DNA of 64,000 nt from Oscillospiraceae bacterium (GTDB lineage Bacteria > Bacillota > Clostridia > Oscillospirales > QAMX01): the NCBI GenBank assembly GCA_015067715.1, contig SVLY01000002.1:3657-67656 (forward strand). Direction: 5' to 3'. Of this stretch, positions 34,118 through 41,240 are shown piece after piece. Within the stretch, counting starts at the first letter, position 1. Each line of letters starts with the position of its first letter. A program made the position numbers and the translations under genes. Under the pieces are notes generated by a model. That model saw nothing but the letters and a program-made list of their open reading frames with translations, did not search any database and was not told the DNA's origin.

Positions 34118-35779
34118 TTAGCGGTATATACCTTCGTAGATCGCAAGCTGGCGCTGGACTGAGGCGCGAAGGGCTTCGATGTCCGGGTAAGCGGGGTCTT
34201 CAAGGAAGGTGCGCATGTTGTAACCATAGGCCTCTGTAGACTCGGCGTCGAAGATCCACAGGGCGTTTTTATATCTCTTGGCCCACTGGCTAAGGGCGAG
34301 AGCCTCTTCGCGGCAGTCGGAAAAGTCGGCGTTGAAATTTTCGTAAAGGTCAAAGGTTGCCCCTGTCTGAAGCTCTGCGGCGATCTCCAGGGAGTTTTCA
34401 AGGTCGAATTCCGTGGGAATGCGGTAGAGGGGATTGGGGTAGATAACGGCGTCCATGGGGTTTGCAAGGTCTGTGCGGACGCCGTTTTCAACGGTATAGC
34501 TCACGCCCTCGAGCCCCATGCACAGCGCCTGACCCAGAGCTTTGTCCGTAAGCGCAGAAATTGCAAAGTCCAGAGCCAGCTCTTTGTTTTCAGAGCCGCT
34601 TGCCACGAAAAGCGAGCATTCCGGGCCGGTTACCGAGGGGATATTGCTCAGGGGTACAACAACTCTGGGGGCGTTATGCTTTTGAAGCTCAGCATCCTTT
34701 TCAAGCTGCTTCTGGGCGATCTTGGGGTCGGTGTAGGATTCAAAATAGTAGTACATGGCGGAATCTGCCGGGTCGTTCAGCGAAAGATAACCCTCTTCCA
34801 CGATCTCTGCGTAGCCCTGCATTATCTCTTCGAACATGGGCACCTCCCAAAGGGCGAGCACCTCGGGTCCGTTTTCGGTTTCGTGGACGTAGAGCGGAAG
34901 CATGTTTATCTGGGTATAGCTTTCGTCCAGCAAAACGGAATTTATAAGCCCTTCGACGCTCGCGGTCGCCGCCAGGGCCATTTTGTTGGAATAGAGATCA
35001 CCTATGTGTGCTATTTTGTCGAGGTATGCTCTGCCGGATGTGAACCTTGATAATCTATGCTCCGGAGCTATGTTCAGAAAAACGATGTCACGAACGCTTT
35101 GGGGCTCTTCTCCCGGGAATCCGTAGCCGTTTCCGCTGGCAAGATAGCCTGCCATGCTGCTGACCTCAAGGGTGGTGGCCGAAAAACCGTATATCCTGCC
35201 GTTGTCGGAGTTTACCTTCAAAAAGGCTTCCCCGTAAATATCGCTTACGGCTTTAAGCTGGTCTTCGGTTGCCATTGAGTCGACGGGAACGATAAGCCCG
35301 TCGTTAACGTAGTCCCAAAGGGTGTCGCCGGGAATGCCCGCAAGGCCGGAAATATTGGGTCCGGGGGCAATAATGTCGCATCTGCCGCCGGCATCAACGT
35401 ATTCTCTGACCTGCATTTCAAAGGTCTTTCCCTTGCTGAGTCCGTAGTTTCCAAAGCTGTAGACCATGAGGGAAAAACCGTAGCCGTTGTCAGAGAGCCA
35501 GGTGTTGAGGGCATCGTTAAGCTCAAGGGGATAGACGTTTCCGCTGTAGCTCTGGCGGATCAGCACCAAAACGGGCTTGCCGGGGTAAGCCTTTGAGATC
35601 GCATCGTAGAGTTCGTTTGTATCGCGCACGACGTTTCGCATGCTGTATTTTTGGTTCAGATCAAATTTTTGGGGATATTGAAACTGTGTTTTCAGGTCAG
35701 GGTTTGCCGGCGCCTTTCCGCAGGCGGCAATGGACAGGGCAAGCACCAGACATAAAATTATCAAAGCTGTCTTTTTCAC
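34118..35779 (-). CDS. large extracellular solute-binding-like lipoprotein (orphan, no adjacent permeases)
   Basis: GTG at 35779 after AGGAGG. Lipobox LALSIAACG. 553 aa. Size and composition resemble family-1 solute-binding lipoproteins, but the assignment is weak. Confidence 0.65.
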   Translation of the reverse strand: MKKTALIILCLVLALSIAACGKAPANPDLKTQFQYPQKFDLNQKYSMRNVVRDTNELYDAISKAYPGKPVLVLIRQSYSGNVYPLELNDALNTWLSDNGYGFSLMVYSFGNYGLSKGKTFEMQVREYVDAGGRCDIIAPGPNISGLAGIPGDTLWDYVNDGLIVPVDSMATEDQLKAVSDIYGEAFLKVNSDNGRIYGFSATTLEVSSMAGYLASGNGYGFPGEEPQSVRDIVFLNIAPEHRLSRFTSGRAYLDKIAHIGDLYSNKMALAATASVEGLINSVLLDESYTQINMLPLYVHETENGPEVLALWEVPMFEEIMQGYAEIVEEGYLSLNDPADSAMYYYFESYTDPKIAQKQLEKDAELQKHNAPRVVVPLSNIPSVTGPECSLFVASGSENKELALDFAISALTDKALGQALCMGLEGVSYTVENGVRTDLANPMDAVIYPNPLYRIPTEFDLENSLEIAAELQTGATFDLYENFNADFSDCREEALALSQWAKRYKNALWIFDAESTEAYGYNMRTFLEDPAYPDIEALRASVQRQLAIYEGIYR

Positions 35780-35804
35780 GTTGTGTCCTCCTTTTTTTGT
35801 GTGT

Positions 35805-35959
35805 TTATTGCAGAACGAAGGAATAAGTCTCGGGATCGTAGAACCAGGGCTCGTCTATTGTTCCGTCGAGAATATCCTCTTTGGTGACGTAGAGAAGTTT
35901 CTGGGGGTAGAAATAGGTCACGTCCCTGTAGTTTTCCTTTACGGTGTAACAGTCGGGCT
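35805..35959 (-). repeat. near-identical ~155-nt 3' coding segment shared by paralogs A, B and C (copy A)
   Basis: By-eye alignment with 38338..38492 and 39476..39630 shows only a handful of substitutions. Similarity collapses immediately upstream. Confidence 0.85.
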
Positions 35960-37157
35960 CAAGGGTTCCGTCCGGGAGTATAAGATGATAGGTGAATATC
36001 AGCCCCTTTTCTGTTTCGCTGAAGAGTGTCATGGCATAGCCGGGAATGTCTACAGTTATTCGCTCGGCGGAGTCCGTGTTAACCAATTCAAAGGACTCAA
36101 AGCCGGGGTCTATAGAATAGCGGACTCCGTTGTGGTGAAATTTTTGACTGTAAGATTCTGTTTCGATGGTTAACTCAGACGGGTCGATAAGCTCTTTGGT
36201 GCTTATCCGGCAATATGACGTTTTCCCACCTGCGTAGCAGCAAAAATAATCCCTCAGGGGGTATATATCAAATATTTCAGTCCCGATGGGGAGCTTATTC
36301 CGGGATATCAGCTCATCAAGTATCACGGCACAGTCGTATACTTCGGTTTCCCCGGTTTCGATGTCAAAAGTGTACGCAGTTGCAGATTCTTCGTAAGCAA
36401 AAGAAAACTTATCTTCTGTTGCATCGTTGATTATAAAGGAGTTACTGGGAATAGTGACAGGCCTGGCAGAAACCATCCCCCATTCCTTTTTTTCGAGGTC
36501 GTAACGTGCCACCCAGTACGAATAGCGGAATTCATCCTGATTCATGGATGTCAATTCATCGATGGTCAGATTGACGTCGGTTGCAAGAGCGAAAAGACTG
36601 AGGTATATTTGTGTTCCGTAAATAACGTAAGATGATGCTGTGGAGCTGAAGTGTTTATCGAATATTTCGCCGTCATAACCCAACAGCTCTGGAGTAAAAC
36701 TAACTGTTTCGTGCTTGATTCCGTCGAGTCCGTAGTAAACCGCTTCGAGCTGGCCGTTTTTGTTGTGGGCATCTCTTATTGAAAAGATGTTGTCTTTATA
36801 TATGCCTGTGATAAGCGACGGACAAAATCCTTCGTATACCGTTCCGAAACAATCTGTTGAAGAATGGTCACAGATTGCATTGGTGCACAATGGGATGAAT
36901 GACTTCAACTCTTCGTTGAACAGATGCCTCATGATCACCCTCGTTTTTTCTCCGCCGTATTCCTTGCCTTCAAGGTCGTTAATTGCCATTTCAAGGTATG
37001 CACCGCCTTTTACGGCCATACCGTTGTCAATGACGGGGATGCGAACTGTGGGAAAGTCGGTGAGAAAAATATCGTAGGCATATTCTTCGCCCCTTCCGCA
37101 GGCGGCAAGGGGGAGTATGCTGAGGAGGGCGAGGAGGAGAAATAGAATACGTTTCAA
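35805..37157 (-). CDS. lipoprotein paralog A of an uncharacterised family (Cys/His cluster, conserved C-terminus)
   Basis: AGGAGG plus 7 nt then TTG at 37157, by analogy with paralogs B and C. Lipobox ILPLAACG. LCTNAICDHSSTDCFG. C-terminal YTVKENYRDVTYFYPQKLLYVTKEDILDGTIDEPWFYDPETYSFVLQ. Confidence 0.75.
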   Translation of the reverse strand: MKRILFLLLALLSILPLAACGRGEEYAYDIFLTDFPTVRIPVIDNGMAVKGGAYLEMAINDLEGKEYGGEKTRVIMRHLFNEELKSFIPLCTNAICDHSSTDCFGTVYEGFCPSLITGIYKDNIFSIRDAHNKNGQLEAVYYGLDGIKHETVSFTPELLGYDGEIFDKHFSSTASSYVIYGTQIYLSLFALATDVNLTIDELTSMNQDEFRYSYWVARYDLEKKEWGMVSARPVTIPSNSFIINDATEDKFSFAYEESATAYTFDIETGETEVYDCAVILDELISRNKLPIGTEIFDIYPLRDYFCCYAGGKTSYCRISTKELIDPSELTIETESYSQKFHHNGVRYSIDPGFESFELVNTDSAERITVDIPGYAMTLFSETEKGLIFTYHLILPDGTLEPDCYTVKENYRDVTYFYPQKLLYVTKEDILDGTIDEPWFYDPETYSFVLQ

Positions 37158-37226
37158 ACTGTGGCCTCCTTTTTTGGGGAGATAGGGGAGCGGCATTGGT
37201 TAGCCACTCCCCTAAGATTACTGCTT

Positions 37227-37715
37227 TTACTCTGTTACGACCGGGGGAGTGTATGCGAGAGGAATGTTGCCGTCGTTGCTTCGAGCTTGGCTTGCATACT
37301 CTACTCCGTTATGTGTTACGGAGATTTTGTAGTAGTTTTCAACTCCAAGAAGAGCAACTGAATAGTCATCAAGATTTTTTGTGACATTGGCTATAGCTTC
37401 ATTGGGGTTGGAATCTGATGCTGTGAAAGTCATGGATCTGTAATTGTTGAGATTGCTCCAAGGAGCTACCCAACATTTCACAGAAACATAAGCGAATGCA
37501 GATTCGCATTCGTGAGTTACATCGGCGGTTGCGCTTGCGATTTGGGTGCTATTTCCATATACGCCACCTCCGTACTGACCGCTGAAGTCTGCGCTACAAC
37601 CGCAATTAGGACGGGAGAAATTCATGTGGCTTATGGGAGCGGCGCTTGCCGGGATGGAGAGGAGAGCGGTCATTGTTATTACGGCGACAAGGACCAGGGT
37701 GAGTGTTCTTTTCAT
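37227..37715 (-). CDS. small secreted protein, function unknown
   Basis: AAGGAGG then ATG at 37715. Signal peptide MKRTLTLVLVAVITMTALLSIPASA. 162 aa with 5 Cys. No family recognised. Confidence 0.65.
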   Translation of the reverse strand: MKRTLTLVLVAVITMTALLSIPASAAPISHMNFSRPNCGCSADFSGQYGGGVYGNSTQIASATADVTHECESAFAYVSVKCWVAPWSNLNNYRSMTFTASDSNPNEAIANVTKNLDDYSVALLGVENYYKISVTHNGVEYASQARSNDGNIPLAYTPPVVTE

Positions 37716-37915
37716 TGTTTGTCGTCCTCCTTAAGATGAGTATAAATAGGTTATAAGGGTGTGTGCTTCAAAACAGACACAAAAAAACAGCCGCATTACT
37801 CCTGTGTTTTTGTGGCGGCAACCGCGAATGGACGGTGTGCGCTTTCCCAAAAGCAGGAATTAATACGGCTGCCTTAAAAATGTCGGGTGTGTTTTGAAGG
37901 TCAGTCTGATTGGTC
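37716..37915 (-). promoter_or_regulatory. conserved structured 5' leader, copy 2 (rod-like hairpin, U-tract, flanking inverted repeats)
   Basis: About 185 nt are nearly identical to 40826..41016. In the minus-sense RNA, CUUCAAAACACAC pairs with GUGUCUGUUUUGAAG and CAGCCGUAUUAAUUCCUG pairs with CAGGAGUAAUGCGGCUG, followed by U7. Confidence 0.6.
37781..37871 (-). terminator. terminator-like long hairpin + U7 inside leader copy 2
   Basis: 17-bp stem between 37854..37871 and 37788..37804, with a GC-rich base (CAGCCG/CGGCUG). The A-run at 37781..37787 on the plus strand gives U7 in the transcript. It lies ~65 nt upstream of the start codon. Confidence 0.5.
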
Positions 37916-38156
37916 TGCAACATATGCCCGTATCAGTCCATGGCATATGAGGGGTTCTTAAGTTGGGTTGACTACTTCTGATTGGAGCCGTTCTTAAAGA
38001 GGAACGGGTTCTGACTCTCCTTAGAGCTCGAACGGCTGAAGACTCCAAGGGGAGGCGTTGATGTGGAGGATATGGAAAACCAGTTTGCACATATCTTGTT
38101 ACCTCCTGACAGATATGGATTTTAAATTTTCAGAGGAATATATTCCCTCTAAAAAT

Positions 38157-38185
38157 ATAATAACATAAACTGTTTAATGTGTCAA
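38157..38185 (-). promoter_or_regulatory. sigma-A type promoter (TTGACA-17-TATTAT) of the 37715..34118 operon
   Basis: On the reverse strand, TTGACA is at 38185..38180 and TATTAT at 38162..38157. The near-palindrome AGAGGAATATATTCCCTCT (38132..38150) follows immediately. Confidence 0.55.
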
Positions 38186-38337
38186 TAGGTGATTTTGAAA
38201 AATCCGCTGTATAAGAATAAAACTTAGAAATAATTACCGGGCGGGGAGTAAAACTGGGTGTGACCTGAGGCAAGTTGTCAGGGAAAATTGAGAGGGAGAA
38301 ATTGACTTCTTGTTTCGCTGTGGTATTATGAGGCTAT

Positions 38338-38492
38338 TTATTGCAGAACGAAGGAATAAGTCTCGGGGTCGTAGAACCAAGGCTCGTCTATTGTTCCGTC
38401 GAGAATATCCTCTTTGGTGACGTAGAGGAATTTCAGGGGGTAGAAATAGGTCACGTCCCTGTAGTTTTCCTTTACGGTGTAGCTGTCGGGCT
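38338..38492 (-). repeat. near-identical 3' coding segment (copy B)
   Basis: See 35805..35959. Confidence 0.85.
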
Positions 38493-39450
38493 CGAGTTTT
38501 CCGTCTTCTGAAATTGTTCGCCAATAAAAGATCATGCCCTTTTCGGTTTCAGAGCAAAAAGTCAGAGAGCGGTTTTCTGTGGGTACCGACTGTTGTTTAC
38601 CCGTGACGATATTGGTCAGTATGAGCTTTTCGGAAATGGGTTCGACCAGATACAGCTCTCCGTTTTGTTCGAAGCGGTTTATGTTTTGGGCAAGCGCAAG
38701 GTAGGGGGAGTCGATGCTGAGCAGATCATTCTCAGAAAAATCCGTGAAATGTTCGAAAGAAAGATAGGGTTCGGAATTCAATTGGGTCCAGTTTTTTTCT
38801 TCAAGATCGTAGCAGAGTATCCAGTGGGCATATTCGATTTCTCCGTTTTCGAGAAACAGTGAGTCTTCGTAGCCGGGGGCTACTGTTGATATTTCGAAAT
38901 AAAGCTTTGTTCCGAAGCTGAGGTAATCGTTGTTGAGCATAGACCCGTTTTTGAGGGATTCTCCGTTGGGCATTGTAAGCTCAGGGGTGTAATCCACCGT
39001 GTCTCGGATCATCCCGTCGAGATCGTAATATATAACTTCTACACGGTCCTTATCGTTAGGTGACTCTCTTACGTCGAAAATAAGATCCTTATAAACGCCG
39101 GTTATTGTGAGGGAGTAATTTCCGTGGTAGGCATTGCCGAAACAGTCTGCGTTGCCGTGAGCGCAGGACGGTTCCATGCACAGGGGCATGAGGGTTTTTG
39201 TTTCTTCGTTAAAGAGACATCGCATTGCAACCCAGCTTTCTTCGGAATTTCGTTCTTTTCCCTGAAGGTCTTGTATATGGGTGTTAAGAAATGCGCCTCC
39301 CTTTATCGGCATACTTCTGGATATAATTGGTACATACATTTTCGGGTATTCCGGTGGGATGTAATCGTAGGTGTATTCCTCCGTCTTCCCGCAGGCGGCG
39401 AGCGGGAGTAAGCTGAGAAGGGTGAGAAGAATAAGAAGAATGCGTTTCAC
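38338..39450 (-). CDS. lipoprotein paralog B
   Basis: AGGAGG plus 7 nt then GTG at 39450. MKRILLILLTLLSLLPLAACGKTEEYTYDYIPPEYP, LCMEPSCAHGNADCFG, and the same C-terminal ~47 aa as A and C. Confidence 0.75.
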   Translation of the reverse strand: MKRILLILLTLLSLLPLAACGKTEEYTYDYIPPEYPKMYVPIISRSMPIKGGAFLNTHIQDLQGKERNSEESWVAMRCLFNEETKTLMPLCMEPSCAHGNADCFGNAYHGNYSLTITGVYKDLIFDVRESPNDKDRVEVIYYDLDGMIRDTVDYTPELTMPNGESLKNGSMLNNDYLSFGTKLYFEISTVAPGYEDSLFLENGEIEYAHWILCYDLEEKNWTQLNSEPYLSFEHFTDFSENDLLSIDSPYLALAQNINRFEQNGELYLVEPISEKLILTNIVTGKQQSVPTENRSLTFCSETEKGMIFYWRTISEDGKLEPDSYTVKENYRDVTYFYPLKFLYVTKEDILDGTIDEPWFYDPETYSFVLQ

Positions 39451-39475
39451 GTTGTGTCCTCCTTTTTTTGTGTGT

Positions 39476-39630
39476 TTATTGCAGAACGAATGAATAAGTC
39501 TCGGGGTCGTAGAACCAGGGCTCGTCTATTGTTCCGTCGAGAATATCCTCTTTGGTGACGTAGAGGAATTTCCGGGGGTAGAAATAGGTCACGTCCCTGT
39601 AGTTTTCCTTTACGGTGTAGCAGTCGGGAC
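39476..39630 (-). repeat. near-identical 3' coding segment (copy C)
   Basis: See 35805..35959. The 25 nt downstream of the stop (39451..39475) are identical to 35780..35804. Confidence 0.85.
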
Positions 39631-40825
39631 CTATACTTCCGTCTTCAAGCAGATCTCTGTAGCTGAATATTATTCCGTTTTCGGTCTCGCTGAAAAATGA
39701 CATGATTATCCCGGGAGTTTCAACGTCTGTTCTTTCGTTGGTGTTACAGTTGGTAAAGGTGAACTGACCTGCCATTGATTCTGTTGTGTAAAGGCATTCG
39801 CTGTACGTGAATCTATTGGTTCCGCCAACGGTCAGATAACGTGCTTCAGACGGGTCAATAAACTCTTTTGTACTGATGCGGATATAATAAGTTTTGTCTC
39901 TCTGATAGCAGTCGAAGAAATCTCCCGTGGGATAAATACCGGCGATCATAGTTCCTGTTGGCAGCTCGCCTTTGGCGATCTTTTCGTCAAGAATTGCGGC
40001 ACAGTCATATTCCGTGACTTCTCCGGTGGATATATCCACTGTATATCCCACACCGTTGTTTTGAAGTGTAAGCATACTTTCGTTTGCATCTCTGAAATTC
40101 AAAAACTGGGCATCGGTGGAATGGGGGAAGGTGGCAATATAGCTCCATTCCCTGTTGTCAAGGTCATAACACACGACCCAATGGAAGTACTTAAGCTGTG
40201 ACTGGTCTAACAACACCCATTCGTTATCTCCGGTGTTCAGTGCAGATAGCTGTATATATACTTTTGATCCAATAACAGTGAATATTTGGGACATATATAC
40301 TGTGTTTTCCAAAGGGGAGCCGTCGGGGAAGAAGAGCGCCGGAGTGAATAGAACGGTATCCTTTATTGTGCCGTCGAGACCGTAGTAAACTGTCTCAAGC
40401 AAACCGTTTGCGTTAGTGTGCCCTTTTTGTTTATACGTCTCTTTAATAATAAACACACTGTCCTCGTAAATTCCGGAATAGGACGTATTTGAATGACCGT
40501 ATAAATCACCGAAGCATCCGACGGTATCGTGAGTGCAGTTCGGGTCTGTACACAAGGGGGCAATGGTTTTTGTATGTTCTGAAAATATGCTGACCATGGC
40601 CACATCAGACTGCTCTGAGTTTTTTTCCTTTCCGTCAAGTTCGTGTTTAGCTATATACAGAAAGGCGCCGCCTTTTATCTTTTTGTTTGCAAGACTTCCG
40701 AGACTCATTCTGATCTCGGGGTATTCCGGTGGGATGTAATCGTAGGTGTATTCCTCTGTCTTCCCGCAGGCGGCGAGCGGGAGTAAGCAGAGGAGGGCAA
40801 GAAGAATAAACAGAATGCGTTTCAC
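39476..40825 (-). CDS. lipoprotein paralog C
   Basis: AAGGAGG plus 7 nt then GTG at 40825. MKRILFILLALLCLLPLAACGKTEEYTYDYIPPEYP, LCTDPNCTHDTVGCFG, and the conserved C-terminus. Confidence 0.75.
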   Translation of the reverse strand: MKRILFILLALLCLLPLAACGKTEEYTYDYIPPEYPEIRMSLGSLANKKIKGGAFLYIAKHELDGKEKNSEQSDVAMVSIFSEHTKTIAPLCTDPNCTHDTVGCFGDLYGHSNTSYSGIYEDSVFIIKETYKQKGHTNANGLLETVYYGLDGTIKDTVLFTPALFFPDGSPLENTVYMSQIFTVIGSKVYIQLSALNTGDNEWVLLDQSQLKYFHWVVCYDLDNREWSYIATFPHSTDAQFLNFRDANESMLTLQNNGVGYTVDISTGEVTEYDCAAILDEKIAKGELPTGTMIAGIYPTGDFFDCYQRDKTYYIRISTKEFIDPSEARYLTVGGTNRFTYSECLYTTESMAGQFTFTNCNTNERTDVETPGIIMSFFSETENGIIFSYRDLLEDGSIGPDCYTVKENYRDVTYFYPRKFLYVTKEDILDGTIDEPWFYDPETYSFVLQ

Positions 40826-41016
40826 GTTGTGTCCTCCTTAAGATGAGTATAAATGGGGAATACGGGTGTGTGCTTCAAAACAAACACAAAAAACAGCCGC
40901 ATTACTCCTGTGTTTTGTGGCGGCAACCGCGAATGGACGGTGTGCGCTTTCCCAAAAGCAGGAATTAATACGGCTGCCTTAAAAATGTCGGGTGTGTTTT
41001 GAAGGTCAGTCTGATT
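40826..41016 (-). promoter_or_regulatory. conserved structured 5' leader, copy 1
   Basis: Over the ~150-nt core it matches 37716..37915 apart from one substitution and two 1-nt homopolymer indels. A short divergent block lies near the SD. Confidence 0.6.
40888..40976 (-). terminator. terminator-like long hairpin + U6 inside leader copy 1
   Basis: Stem between 40959..40976 and 40894..40910. The A-run at 40888..40893 on the plus strand gives the U-tract. Confidence 0.5.
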
Positions 41017-41084
41017 AAATTTCGTCATGCGCCCAATCAGAGTAATGGCACATGAGGGAGTATTTGGTTATTGTTCACAGGTAT

Positions 41085-41113
41085 ATGATAACACATAATA
41101 TTGAGTATGTCAA
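41085..41113 (-). promoter_or_regulatory. sigma-A type promoter (TTGACA-17-TATCAT) of the 40825..38338 operon
   Basis: On the reverse strand, TTGACA is at 41113..41108 and TATCAT at 41090..41085. Confidence 0.55.
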
Positions 41114-41196
41114 CAGCTTCGCTGTGGATCTGCAAAAATTTATTTTATTTTCAGGGGATTATCCGGATCTGAATTGGCGGACGGAAAATGCGGAGC

Positions 41197-41234
41197 AAAT
41201 TAAACCGCCCGAAGAGAAAAAACTCTCCGGGCGG
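41197..41234 (-). terminator. rho-independent terminator of folD
   Basis: CCGCCCGAAGAG (41205..41216) pairs with CTCTCCGGGCGG (41223..41234). In the minus sense it is followed by UUUAAUUU. Confidence 0.65.
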
Positions 41235-41240
41235 CGGGCG

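Noticed and set aside
37716-37915. Assignment of the duplicated leader to a known riboswitch or leader class.
   Set aside because: I compared it by eye with consensus features of T-box, TPP, SAM, FMN, cobalamin, glycine, lysine, purine, c-di-GMP I/II, ZTP, fluoride, guanidine, preQ1, Mn and NiCo elements. None of their signature sequences is present. A proper Rfam/Infernal scan is still needed.
37860-38090. 76-aa minus-strand ORF (GTG start) inside leader copy 2.
   Set aside because: The translation is Arg/Pro-rich. It runs through the conserved structured core, which is non-coding in copy 1 (no equivalent ORF there). Only the alternative-frame 23-codon ATG mini-ORF is retained, as a low-confidence observation.
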